Assembly (NCBI GenBank): GCA_964270895.1
Contig: OZ185445.1
Source: Podarcis filfolensis
Lineage: Eukaryota
Direction: 5' to 3' (one strand)
Length of the DNA: 64,000 nucleotides
The notes under the pieces are model-generated. The model was not told the origin of the DNA, made no database searches, and was given only the letters and a program-made list of their open reading frames with translations. Each line of letters opens with the position of its first letter. Position 1 is the first letter of the stretch. Both the position numbers and the translations under genes were made by a program. Below, piece after piece: positions 22,453 to 35,962 of the stretch.

Positions 22453-24331
22453 GGTGAAAGTTGGTATAGATGATTGATTTAAAATATGAGTCAATACATT
22501 ACAAAATTGTGTTTTCCCCTCTTCTCAGCTCTACTGCATCTACTCACAAATCAGAAAAAAGACTAAAGTCCCTTAGACTCCTTGACTCAAATAATTCCTT
22601 AAATTATATCCAAAGAGTTTTATAGCTAACCTGTATCACCTGCGACTGCCACAGGTAAATCTCAGATTGGAATTGCTGTTCCAATCTAAAATGGATCCTT
22701 TCTCATATTGCCCTCAGCTGCCTGGTTTATGAATTTTGTGGTGTGTTGGGCTACCATTCAGAGATAAGAAAAGAACAGAGATTAGATATGTTCTGTGTAA
22801 ATGTTCTTTCTTTCAGGTGGCTGACAAAGGGTGGGGGTGGGGAGAGCAGCCTTTAAACTTGAAGGGACGTCTCAAAAATCTTTCCAGAATTGATATGTGG
22901 TATATTTCTCTTTCCTACTCAAGGTGACAGTTTATGTGAGATGTAAAGACAAGTTCAGTCAGGCAATTACCCCTTGTTGATAGTAGATTATTTCCTCTAC
23001 TAAACTCAAAAATAACTTCTTTGTGTATAAGTTACTGCTGCTCTGGGATACTGCAATTTACACTTCTGTCTTTTTTTATGAGTAAATTTATTTTAATCAG
23101 TACAGTTTGGAATAGTTTTTTCCTGTACTTCCATCTCCTTTGCAGTTCTACACCCTCTTAAATGTAACATAGGAGGCAGAAAGGGGTCATGAAGCATAAC
23201 CAGAGAACATTTTTAATGTCAGAAATCATATCCCACATCCTTTTTCCCATAAAAAGAATGTACCATTTATTTTCTACAGCAGTGGTTCAACTTTATTATT
23301 TTCCCAAATATGATGCTCAGAGAATTAATAGGCACTGTAACCAGCAGCTGGGAATAGTGTCAAAAAAGACTCATATCCAAAGGAAGTAAGTTATGCTTTA
23401 GTACCATTGAACTCAGTGCAAGTTAGTCATGACTATAATTCATGCCACCTTTCAATAAGCCAGGACTGTGTAGGATTGCAGCCTTTAGTATGGCTAGTCA
23501 GGCTTTCATCCGACTGATATCCATAAGGAATAGGGTGTGCTATTTTACAGGTGAAACTTCGTTTTTGCAAATTTCTTCAGTGAGGGCTATACTATTATTT
23601 TTGTGATCAGACAACATTTAGCTTGGTTTGATTAAAAAGCACATAAACTCCTCTCAGAAAACCAAAGAAGTTTTCTGAGAGCATCATCTGAAATGATGTC
23701 AGATATGACATCATTTATACTCAGGCATATATAATATAACCCCTAGCACTTGGTGGTTATTTTTAATTATTTTAATGCAATTTGACATACATTTTTCACA
23801 CACAAAAATTAATAAGAAAAGTTTAACATTATTGGAAATTCCACAAAAATATATAAAAAGGTCAATATTTTTACATAGTTGTTTACCAAGTGAAACTAAA
23901 TTATATTAATTTAAACAAAATATAAATTGAATTCTCAAGTCATCTTACAACTTTTTAGCACCCCTCATTTTTGGAATTTGAAAGCTGGGAAATTCAACAT
24001 GTCCTAATGGTGGACTGAAGAGAACCAGTAGGATATATCTCTGGATGTAAATTGCATAGCAAGGCTTTAAAAACAATTGGACAGTTTCATGAAGGAGAAG
24101 GCTATCAATGGCCACTATCTGTGATTGCTATTCTCAGCCTCCACAGCTGGAGTGCTTATAAATACCAGCTGTTGGAAACCTCAGGAGGTTTTGTACTTGA
24201 ATCCTGGTCGCTGACTTCCCACAGGCACCTTAAGTTCTTCCGTTCTTATTCACTGCAGTCTCCTGTGAAGTTCCCAATGCAAAGTCTAACTAACAGAATG
24301 TTGGATTAGACCTTTAGTATTGTAGCACCTA

Positions 24332-24747
24332 GTGAGAGCTGGACCATAAAGAAGGCTGATCGCTGAAGAATTGATGCTTTTGAATTATGGTGCTGGAGGA
24401 GACTCTTGAGAGTCCCATGGACTGCAAGAAGATCAAACCTATCCATTCTTAAGGAAATCAGCCCTGAGTGCTCACTGGAAGGACAGATCCTGAAGCTGAG
24501 GCTCCAATACTTTGGCCACCTCATGAGAAGAGAAGACTCCCTGGAAAAGACCCTGATGTTGGGAAAGATGGCGGGCACAAGGAGAAGGGGACGACAGAGG
24601 ACGAGATGGTTGGACAGTGTTCTCGAAGCTACCAACATGAGTTTGACCAAACTGCAGGAGGCAGTGGAAGACAGGAGTGCCTGGCGTGCTCTGGTCCATG
24701 GGGTCACAAAGAGTCGGACACGACTAAACGACTAAACAACAACAACA
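24332..24747 (+). mobile_element. BovB (RTE) LINE 3' fragment
   Basis: RT C-terminal BovB peptide with one in-frame TGA, (CAA)n tail, and perfect 13-bp TSD ATTGTAGCACCTA (24319-24331, 24748-24760). Confidence 0.96.
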
Positions 24748-24789
24748 ATTGTAGCACCTACCCTTTGGAATTAGCTTCCATTAAATATT

Positions 24790-24978
24790 AGAAGTCTCTG
24801 CTGTTGTTGGTGCTTCCTGAAGACCTTCCTCTCCCAAAGAAGTCTTTTAAGTAGAGATCTTTCCTTGTATGCATCTGTATCAGGATAGCTTTTAGGTATT
24901 TGTTTTATCGTTAGTGTATTTGCTGCCTTGGGCTTCTTTGAGAGAAAGGGTGGGATATAAATGTTATTATTATAATAA
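24790..24978 (+). mobile_element. Old L2 3' fragment
   Basis: LKTFLSQR-like end, then GGGTGGGATATAAAT and a TTA-rich tail. Confidence 0.5.
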
Positions 24979-26065
24979 TACACTTGGTGGTTTGCCTTGA
25001 TTCACTCTCAATGTATGATCCGTGGTTGAATTATACGTGCTGCTGGATTACACCTGGTGCTGAGTTTTGGAGCATCAATTGAGCATTCGCAAACTGCTGC
25101 TTGTGGCTGTCACAAGTGGAAACCAGTTGCACACATGGAGTTTCCCTGATTTACCACAAAGGCATTCTCATTGCAAAGCCAATTGGACACACAGTTCTGG
25201 GGCATGTACAGAGTTCCAGAGAAATCAGACTGCTCTGTAACATCCTCATGAGTGCAAAGACCAGAAGTTTCAAGCCATCGTTTCTAGCAAACCATAGTTT
25301 GCAGACAAATTGAGATTACAAACCACGATCAAACACCTGTGGAGGTTTGATCAAACCATATTTTGCTGTGTTTAGATGACATAGCAAATATGTTTTGTCA
25401 CAAACCATGGTTGCAAAATTTAATCTCTGCATACTAGAGCACAGGAGAGGAAGAAGCAGCTCCTGGATAGCATTATATCTAAATGCTTCTTTTCTTCTCC
25501 AATGTCAGGATGTTTGTCCCCCTGCAAGTGCAACTGGGCAGTAATCTGATTGAATTTATCCTTTTCAGAACAGGAATAAATGTTTTCCATGGAACCACCT
25601 AGGTCAGTATGCAATTACAGTCTCATTGATAAAATATTAACTTAAAAAACTATTCAAGTAACCAGTTAAAAGTATTCATAATTTAAAGCAAGCAGCTCGT
25701 GCTTAAATATTAAGATGCAAGGGAGTAACCCACATTAAAATTAATGGGTGTTATGCGGATGCCATATGTTTACTTTTGGCTTGGGATGGGAATTATGTGT
25801 GCTCTATACACACCATGAAGTGGTAAGTGTTGGCATATGCTGACTTCTTAATCACTGCTACTCTATAGCTGCTGATCGCTTTGCCCTTCTTTCATATGTG
25901 ATTTATATTTACTTTCATTAGGCTCGCTTAGAACATTAATCACTTTTATGTTATTTCCTGTTAAACTTATTGCACAAAACATATAAAGGAAGGTCAGTAA
26001 TGAAATAGTAATGGTACTATTTGTCCCAAATCACGTGTAGCCTTCTTAACTGTGCATATGTTATA

Positions 26066-26670
26066 CAGTGGTACCTTGGTTCTCAAACGCCTTGGTACTC
26101 AAACACCTTGGTTTTCAAACGCCAAAAACCTGGAAGTAAGTGTTCCAGTTTCCAAACGTTTTTAGGAAACCGAACATCTGATGCGGTTGTCGGCTATTGT
26201 TTCCAAGGTGCCTGCACCAATCAGAAGCTGCCCCTTGGTTTTCGAACATTTCAGAAGTCAAACGAACTTCTGGAACAGATTAAGTTTGGCGCTTTTGTTT
26301 TTCCTATTTATTTTGCGTTTTTGTGGCTTTTTTGGTTAATTTGTTTTTGTGACTGTGTGGAACCCAGTTCAGCTACTGATTGATTGTGTGACTGCGGAAA
26401 TTGATCACCCATCCAAACAATGACTATCATCAGTGCAGGTAAGAAAATATATATATATTTTATCATCTACAGTACTGTCTTATTTATTTTATAGTACAGT
26501 ACATTGATTATTGCTTTCATTTTATGGATCAGCAGTCTCATTAGATAGTGAAATTCATGTTAAATTGCTGTTTTAGGGGTTGTTTTTAAAAGTCTGGAAC
26601 GGATTAATCCATTTTGCATTACTTTCTGTGGGAAAGCGCGCCTTGGTTTTGGAATGCTTTGGTTTTGGTT
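26066..26670 (+). mobile_element. Longer Tc1/mariner (Tigger-like) non-autonomous element, right TIR missing
   Basis: TA-CAGTGGTACCTTGGTT start; internal segments shared with 7050 and 60875; no transposase ORF. Confidence 0.7.
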
Positions 26671-29600
26671 TTATTTAGAGTAGACCCACTAAAATTAACG
26701 TCAATTGGTCACGATCATTTAGCTGAATGGGTCTACTCTGAGTAAAACTTAGTTGGCTGCAATCCTTCGCTTTAACTCTGTGCTTAGGTTTGTTCTTTGC
26801 AATTGACCACATAGAACATGCCTACAGTGATAACCTCACACCTCTCAGGCAGCAGAATTTGGGATCTTCCAATTGTCAACCCCAAAGCAAAATGGTGATT
26901 ATGAACAGGATCTGGCAGCTTCAAGCCTGGACTTCAGTCTCTCTTCCTTTTCTGACAGCCCTCTGGCAAAAGCAAGCTGCTGATCAGGGATTGAGATGCT
27001 ACAGACAGGAAAAAGCATTCAGTTTAGGAAAGCTAGTGTAGATGTGCATTATTAATTCTGAGCTCACAGTTTAGATTCCTTTGGCACAGAATTTAATGGT
27101 TTTTAATGCACTTTCTTCTTAAGCACTACTATTAATCACTGAGGTTCACTAAACTGCTTGTTTGCGTTTCAACAAGATGTTGGGAAATCTTTCTTTTTTT
27201 CCCCCTACAGGAAGCGTCCTACATTTTTTTCATGCTAAGCACTGTTAAGCTCATACACATGCCCTCCAGCCCCCCCCCGACTCATAATCTTTCACCCTAT
27301 TCAGTTAATTAAAAAAAAAACACATAATGCCCATTGCTAAACCAGCTCAGCCAGATGCTGCACTGGCTGAGGTCCTTGGGTAGTGGGCCATGGTGAAGAT
27401 GGTTGGAGCTCTTGGGCCTACTGCTGGTGGCAAGGTGAATGTTGACTCCAGGTAGCCTACACAGGCATTGTTGATGAGGAACCTATCCACATTGCCCTCA
27501 ATAACCAGGAGGTCCATTCCCACTTGAGAACTCTGAAATGAGCCTGTCCCTCACTCTTCTTTGTGGCAATATAGGGGATATGTAGATGTGTTTATTTTGT
27601 GGCAAGGAAACACAGCAGTTCCAATATGTTTCCAGGACTGCCTTCTCTTTATTATTGAGCTGGCATTTGGGAATGCAACAGGCTGTGTTTCCAGGTCCCA
27701 ATAAGTGTCTTCTATTTAAAAGATTGAGTCTTTTACTCCTTTCCAGAATAACCTTCAATTTGCAGCCCACTAGCGCTCAGGGTTGTTGGCAGTTTATGGG
27801 TGCTGATATTTCTGTTACACCTTCAGTGTGGTTTTGGTTTTGGGTTTCCAAGCTTCCTATGGCTGTTTGGATGTTGTTCTGGGTTTTTTATGGCATTATA
27901 CTTTATGTTTGATGTGTTGTAAGTCACTTAGAGACCTTAAGATAACACGTGACTATTACAAGTAAAACTGGTGGTAATTAATTCAATGCACATACTACAG
28001 TTGCCGTTGTAACAGAAAACATGGGGAAGGGGGTCTGGAGTGGGGCACTCAAAGGAGGTACAAGGAAGTGGAGGGAAATCTTAAAGATTTTCCCAGGATT
28101 CTACCAGGGTCCTGCTTTCTTCATCACCTTCCTTGTTTTTCCAAACTTACTTTTCCTTTTTATCAGAAATGAGCTTCAAAGAGGAGGCCCCAATGTGTTT
28201 AATGCCTACCTCTTTCTTTTCCTTGCTACAAGTTTTAACCTACAGTTCTATCACAGCTGTGCTGACTCCTACAACTGCTGCTAGAGATATGACAAATACA
28301 TTGTGACATTTCCAGTGCAAACCACATTATTGTCCTCTGAGTACTAATTTTAACAGCAAAAGCAAAGGTAATGTTTCTGTGGAATAGCTAAACAAAATCA
28401 TTATACCACATTACCAGCTTGCATCAGGGGCTTCTGCGGTATCGTTTGCAGCAACCCAAAACTGCAAAGCTGCTATCTTTATAAGAACAATTTCTCTGCC
28501 GTGTGATTTGTGACACCAGACAAGGAGCCATTCCATGCACTGCATCACCACCAATAGCAGTTCAGAATCAATGTGGGTGTTAATGACATTGTGAGTAGAA
28601 AAATACAGGGGCCGAGATCCAAATCCCACAGCAGCCTTCCTACACTTAGCGCCAGCTCTGCAAATGGCATATTCTTGGACTGATTCCAAGGAGCTCACAA
28701 GATGAACTTTCCTTGACTTTGTGCTATGCTACCACCCAGTCCCCATGAATCCCTCCCTCAGACAGAGTCCCCTAGATGTGTATTTTTCTGCAGAAGTGTC
28801 AGCCAGTGTGTTCTGCCTACACTAAAGACTACAATTGTTTAACACTTTGTCTGACAGTTAGCGAGGGTTGTATCAACACACCAGGGTGCGTCTTTTATAA
28901 TTTAGTTTGAATGGATTTTTGACCCATGAATCAATGAGCCCTTTAGAGGCTGAGTAATATTTGCTTCCTGAAAGACTGTACAATAGCAACAAGGTCACAG
29001 TTTACTGTCAATTTTTAAATAACAAACTTACACTTGGGGCACTTAACATATTTTGACAAGGTGACCCACAATTATCCATTAGCATTGTATTTGTCTAAGC
29101 CCCTCTGCATTGAGATGCAAGGACTATGAAATAGTTCATTGATGTCCCACTTGGGGGTGGGGAATAAGGCAAGTGGGACTTTTCCAAGGTCTTTCACAGC
29201 CAGAATACATCTAGCTATTGCTGTATTGATTAAACATTTGGGTAGTTAATCAACACAGCTAAGCCCTTTTAACCTGCCATGTGCTGTATTCAAAAAGAAA
29301 AGTCTATTAAAAGGAGCCATGAAGATGCAATTTTTATTTCTAATAAAGCACAGAAATAAAATATATTTGCCAACACTAAGATAATCAAAAAGACATTGGG
29401 TTAAAACATGTCCCTGGTGGGAATACTGTCTTTATGTAGCCCTGCTTATTTGTTTATACCAACATTTACGTTTTTACTGCATCCTAAACTATATTTCTAC
29501 AGTGTAGTGACAGAAATGTTTGTGATTCAGTGTGGTCCAGTGAAAATGCATTCAAATCTTTCACATCAAGCATCCTTATGAATACAGCCACCAGAATTCA

Positions 29601-31666
29601 TGGCCCATTTGGAGTGAGTGTTAAGGACCCTTTCTTGCGCAGGGGTGGGGGAGTCCTGCCATGTTTGTGAAAATCATTCCTAGGGGAAAGAGGTCAAGTC
29701 AGTTGAGATGTTACTTCCCCCATATGGCTGTGTCTTGGGGACATTCTGTGTGGAGGGTTTTAGAGTATCAGAACTGGCGCCAACAGGGCAGCTGTGGTGT
29801 GACTGGCTCACCTCTCTGGGGTCTGTAAGAGCTCAGCATCTTCATATGGGGCAGCCAGAGAAATGGCGGCGGCACACTCCTGCACCTTTTTTTTTTAAGC
29901 AGCTAAGGATTCTAAAAGAGTTTTATGGCAAGGGGGGAGGAACTGTTAGCAAAGTGTTCCTGAATGTGTATTAATCATCAGAGTGATATAAATTGAAGTA
30001 ATTGTTGGTGTTACCAGAGTACTCAACTGAAAAGGAGGTCTAGTAGTAAAATTATATGGATTGTTCCAGAGATTACATAGATGAGTTTGTGTGTGTGTGA
30101 ATGTGAAACTGGATCACAGCTAGCTCAAAAAAAAAGCATCCCTTTCTGTCTCCTTGATTGACACTTGGTGCTTCCTCTCCCAACCACATTCCACAGCTTA
30201 GGACAGTGGAAACTGGGAGAAGTAGTCAGTGTGCCAGCCACTAGATTTCCATGGACATTTGCCTGTCCCTAATAGAAGCAACTATAAACTAGGCTGCTTA
30301 CTGGAATCCATTGTCTCCCAGCTTCAAGAGACCTCACTAGACCTGAAAAGAGCCATCTGCTTGCATAGGAGTATTATGACCTACATACCATGAATTAGAC
30401 ATTCTCTGCAGTCTCTTTTTCCCTGTCGCTGGATGTTCCCATACATTCATGTGGCTTTCAGACCTTCATGTGTCATTATGAGAACTGTATTTTCTATACT
30501 CAGTTCAGTAGCATTCGGGCATTTTGCAACAGGGCCTTTCTTAATACTCTTCTCTTTCGGTGTCTTCAGAGGGATAGGAGAGGTGGCATTCCACACCTGG
30601 TAGAAAACAAAGTGTGGCTAGACACCAGGGACCTTTCAGAATCAATTGTATCTTACCATCCATTCTTGCAAGTCCCACCTAAAACCCACAGCAAATCCTA
30701 CCTATGTCACATGGACCCCTCCAAAATCCAACTTAAATTGTGCTAGAGGTATTTGAAGCAAGTTAGCCATTTTGTTGATGGCAGCCTAAACAATATGAGC
30801 CTGACTATTTCAGATTACCACCTGCAAATGGGCTGTTTGAATTTCAACAGTCCCATTGAGAGCTGTTCTCTCAAGCTCTCCACACACTCCTCAGATACTT
30901 ACACTGAGTTTACAACCTTGTGCAACCCTTAATCAAGCAACTATCACAATTTTTAAAAAATCAAATGGAAATAGATATTCCCCCCACAACCCCACAAAAA
31001 AGCACAAGTCTCCTTTGCCCATTGTAAAATATAGCTAACAGTGAAATTCTAACCATGTCTACTCAGAAGTAAATCCTGTTGAATTCAGTTGGGCTTCTTC
31101 CCATGTAAGCGGGGCTAGGATTGCGCTTTTGAGTACTTTATGGGGGTTTTTAAGGTTTGTGCATGCAGGCACTTTGCTCTTCTCTGCCCTCTTTCAAAAC
31201 TCAGCATTGGTGCCCCAGTTCTAGGAAATCTATGTTTGTAGATCAATTTAGGCAGCTTGTTCAAAATAATCTTCTCAACAATATGTTATTTGTGTTTGCC
31301 TTCCCTTGTCTTTGGTAAATTGCCTCAACATTTCACCATACTGAAATTAATACCTTAAAAACAAGGCAGTTAATTCACAAGGAACCTCCACTCTATTGAC
31401 GATCCTAGAGGATATTATTTATTCTTGTGCTGAAAATGTACCGTATGGCTGGTACCCAAGCATTCGTCTGGGGAGATAATGTCTAAACGTAACTTTTATT
31501 AGCTGTGAGAACGCAGAGCAACATAATAATGTTCCTGAACATTTGAAAATCTTTTTTGCTTTATTGCTTTTAACACATCTTTAATATTTTACATTCATCT
31601 TATTAGAGTCAGAAGTCTTGAGATGCTGGTGCTCTTTTTGCACAGTTTTAGAGTTCAATGCACAGG

Positions 31667-31839
31667 NNNNNNNNNNNNNNNNNNNNNNNNNNNNNNNNNN
31701 NNNNNNNNNNNNNNNNNNNNNNNNNNNNNNNNNNNNNNNNNNNNNNNNNNNNNNNNNNNNNNNNNNNNNNNNNNNNNNNNNNNNNNNNNNNNNNNNNNNN
31801 NNNNNNNNNNNNNNNNNNNNNNNNNNNNNNNNNNNNNNN
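31667..31839. other. Assembly gap (173 N)
   Basis: N run. Confidence 1.
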
Positions 31840-34800
31840 TAGGCTTTTCACAGGTTTGAATGCCTTTGGGCAAAAAGGGCTAAATCTGTAGCTTGCAATC
31901 TAGCATATGGAGGAGGGGGGAAAGTGGCAATGGGGTGAGAAACATTTACTGAGAAATTTCTGTGGCTGCTGATCTCTAACAATCCATTTGGCCTGGGGTT
32001 TAGGAATTCATGTAAAAATGCTCTTGCCTCAGATTCTGGGAAAGGGTTTTCAGTGTACACATAATGACCCTGTTTTTTTTGTACCTGGAACACCAGTGGT
32101 GTGCTTCTCAACCTAAATTTTTAATAATAAGGCTCAATTTAATTTAAAACAAAAACAAAAAACAAACCATGCCACAAGTGTACGTTTTTGTTCCCCACCT
32201 CAATATCGGCTCTATAATTGCCCTAATTAGTACACTATTGATATCTCTCTCTCTCTTTCTCTCTGCCCTCATTATTAGCACACCCTCTTGAGGTGTCAAA
32301 CGTATTGTACACTTTCTAGAGTCATTAAGTGAATTTCATAGGCACGTTAACATAGCAAGAGGGAAATCGTCCAAGTCTCCTTTCCTGTGATGTCTTATTT
32401 TGTCAGGAGAATCTGCTCTGCAAGGCTGGAAAAGGTGATACCAAAAGCTTTGAGGATTTCCAGAGCCTTTTAAACAACATGGTTTGGATATGAATGCTGG
32501 AAAGCAGGATGCACAAATGTGAGGAGATTCTAAAACACGAAGCCTGTACAAAAAGAAGCCTGTTCCAAGGGATAGAGAATATGAGCAGAAACTTGGTAAT
32601 TTATTCATGGGGAAAAGAGATCTTTTTAGATATTTATGTACTGTTGAATTTTTATTCTTCATTAAAAAGATTGCTAGTCAAGAGCAAGTTTACTCTGCCT
32701 TATATTTTTGCTACCCAGTGTGTGCATATAGCTTTGCTGTGGAGCACTTAAATAAGATACCAGGATTGTCAAGAACCATTTGTGCAGTTTAGTGCATTAT
32801 AGTGTGAAGTAGCGCACTTTCTACTAAATAAATAACTGAGGAAAAGGGCACTAGATTAGCTTGGTTACCACAATTAATTAACACACTGTAACACACTATT
32901 ATTTCTTGTAGCCATTTCCTTACATCAGGCAAAAGGGGATAATCAGCTCCTTTCATTCACTAAAGTTTAACAAAAAAAAAATGAGTGATAGAAATTATAA
33001 ATACAATCCATCATGTAATGTTTTCATGCCCATGAATAAAGCAGTCCCCATCACAACTAACGTACACCCTATTAATTTTGATGTGTCTTAAGCGTGACTA
33101 AGGCTGCAATCCTAGCCCCACTTACTTGGGAGTAAATCTCATTGAATTCAATAGTATTTATTTCTGAATGGACACGGTTAGGTTTGCGTTACAGCTTCCT
33201 GAAGTCATCGTGTAGTCAAATCTGATTGCATGGTTATGTGATTTCATCATGTTGCCTATATGATTCTTGACTGGATGGTACCAAAGACGCAGATCAGGCA
33301 TAGAAGAAATTACAAACACGTGCAGAACAGCATAAAAAACGGAAAGAGCGGCTTCATAAAATCCCCCATCCCACCAAAGAGAACCTCCCATGCTTCCCTC
33401 GGATACACATGGGTAAAAATTCAGCATAGCCCTATTAGTTTCATCTGTTGATTGTCCAGAATTTCAGAACTGCAATTGGTTGATCTCAGGGATCTAGTAA
33501 AAAAACCATGGTAGATACCACAAGCATGAAGTCTGCCCACTCCTGCCCTAAAACATTGTGGCTTTGTTTTTCAGTTTTCAACTTTTCTTCATAGTAGTTG
33601 CACAACTACAACTTATTTGTGAATAATATTTAAAACCAATTACTTTGTACTCCAGGCACTATGTGCCTACAAATGGGGGAGGAGAGGAACAGCAAGGTTA
33701 GCAAAGCTATGATAATCTCCTTGAACTGGAAATAACCATGCTCATGAAGCATTGCGGTATCCCTAATTGCAACGAACAGTCTCTCACTTTTTCTCCTTTT
33801 CTGTGTGGCATTTGACAACTACTCAAATATAACAGAAAGACCTGCCTTGTTACAGTTGTTTTCTTATGCCTTAGCTAAGTTTTCCTTAATTATTTCTCCA
33901 ATTCTGTCAAGCAGTGTTATTGCCCCACTAGTTTAAAGGTTAAACAAAGCACCAAATCTGTCAAAGTGAGTGAAACCAACTGGTGAAGAGCTATCAGAAA
34001 GTAATCAGTGCTAATAGGTACATAATGGCCAACAGTGAGCTGTTTGCACTCAGATGCATCACTGCAGACAGAATGTAGCCTTCACCAAAGAGCTAGAGAA
34101 AACATGGTGTATCTACCTGGCACTGTGTGTTTGGAAAACATATTTTAACACTAAAGAGAGGAAGGGAGCGCCCGCGCTTGAAACCAGCTTCTGAAACAGT
34201 TATGGTGTTATGCTTAACTCGTCGTACCCAAATTTATCAATCTAATTCATTTGTTACACTCCTTATTTGCCGAGGCTTAAAATGGGGAAAATATGCATAA
34301 GAAGCTGTGCTGGTTAGAAAAGGAAACAAAAGAGGTATGGTTTTTATGGCTCTTTTGATCCCTTCTGCAAGTGGCCCAATAGCTGAACATGGAGACTGTA
34401 CTAAAAATACTACTGTAAGTTGAATTTTACAGCAAAATCACCTGGCTGTAATGCTGTGTTGCTTAGAGCTAATCTTGGAGGCCCATTAAGAGCTTATCCT
34501 GCAAGCTACTCTTTATCTAAAGCAAGGTGCTGAGTGGCACTAAGTTCTGAAGTTAATCGCTTCTAAGGGACCTGATGACTTTATATGACAGGGCCCTTAG
34601 TTACTCTATGGTTTAATACTGTTACTGGCCACCCCAATCTCTGCCAAGCAGTGCATGAAATTCCAAGGTGTCTTCTCAACTAGGGGAAAATGAGGCATGG
34701 CAGAGTCTGCAGTGTCTTTGAAATATGATTCATTTACACATATTTACACTGGAAGCTTTCAATAAAGAGAGATTTCATAGCATCCACACCTCAGGAGGAA

Positions 34801-34877
34801 CCCATCCTTCACAGCAGACCAGCATCGGATATCCAGATATCCCTGCGCCTCTCTTCCAGCCTGACTTCCCAGGAGTA

Positions 34878-35248
34878 AAAAGGTAAAGGTAAAGGACCCC
34901 TGACAGTTATGTCCAGTCACGAACAACTCTAGGGTTGCGGCGTTGATCTCACTTTACTGGCCGAGGGAGCCGACGTTTGTCCACAGACAATTTTTCCAGG
35001 TCATGTGGCCAGCATGACTAAGCCACTTCTGGTGAAACCATAGCAGCGCATGGAAACACCATTTACCTTCCTGTCGCAGCAGTACCTATTTATCTACTTG
35101 CATTTTGACGTGCTTTTGAACTGCTAGGTGGGCAGGAGCTGGGACCGAACAACGGGAGCTCACCCCATTGCGAGGATTCGAACCGCCAACCTTCCGATCG
35201 GCAAGCCCAAGGCTCAGTGGTTTAGACCACAGTGCCACCTGAGTCTGC
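34878..35248 (-). mobile_element. Sauria SINE (Squam1), full length
   Basis: tRNA-like head (GGTTCGAATCC B box on minus), (ACCTTT)n tail, and 13-bp TSD CTTCCCA(G/A)GAGTA. Confidence 0.92.
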
Positions 35249-35879
35249 CTTCCCAAGAGTAGGTCACACTGAATTCAGCAGGACTTACTTCATGGTTAGA
35301 TTTTCATGCATCCCACAATTTGTCAAGTGCTGCTTAGGGAATGTGCTGCTCAGCTGCACTGCAATGGAATGACTTTTGCTTGGCATCTGCAGAATCGTAG
35401 CAACTTGTGGGCATTCTGTGGCCTTATAACATATGTCATAAAACGTGCCATTCAGATTTAGGTTCCCTCTCTTTTGATATGTGGCATGTTTTGCCTTTCA
35501 TAAAACCTGTCTAGCACCTAAGGCAAAATAAGGATGAGCTCTCTATTTTTCTTCAATAGATGGAAAAGCAGCAGAGAATAGGAATGAGTATATTGCCTAA
35601 GGTTAGAAAATTACAGGAACCACTTTTTTTTTGTTAATTAAAGCTACCCCAAAGCAACTGCAATTTGTGCTATCAGCCATTCAACACAACATCGCTCCAC
35701 ATTTTTGGCTAAATTCCAGGTAGTAACATTTTTTTATGGGGATTACCCATTTACAGCTGATTTTACAGCAGTATCCAGAGTCCCACAACAGAGTCAACAC
35801 AAAGAGTGAGATGTCTGAGGCTGTCAGACCATTACTGCTCTCTAGCTCACAATTGGCTATGTCTGGTCTAATTTTAGCA

Positions 35880-35962
35880 GCTCTCCAGGGTTTCAACTTT
35901 ACCTGGAGATGCCAGAAACTGAACCCAGGGTCTTTGGGAAGCATGTGTTCTACTATTAAGAT
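35880..35962 (-). mobile_element. Degraded tRNA-derived SINE head; similar fragment at about 11045-11125
   Basis: ACCTGGAGATGCCAG..ACTGAACCCAGGG...TGTTCTACT resembles inverted A/B boxes. Confidence 0.45.

Noticed and set aside
23281-23387. Plus-strand exon candidate with a gtaagt donor
   Set aside because: The donor lies within a copy of the GGGAGTAAGT palindromic repeat, and the peptide is unrecognisable.
27350-27560. Coding-looking stretch (processed pseudogene or viral insert)
   Set aside because: Short open frames on both strands, with no recognisable protein and no convincing splice pair.
28411-28698. 95-aa minus ORF
   Set aside because: No motif or homology recognised; the length is compatible with chance.
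31618-31891. ORFs spanning N runs, also 62375-62843
   Set aside because: Artefacts of assembly gaps.
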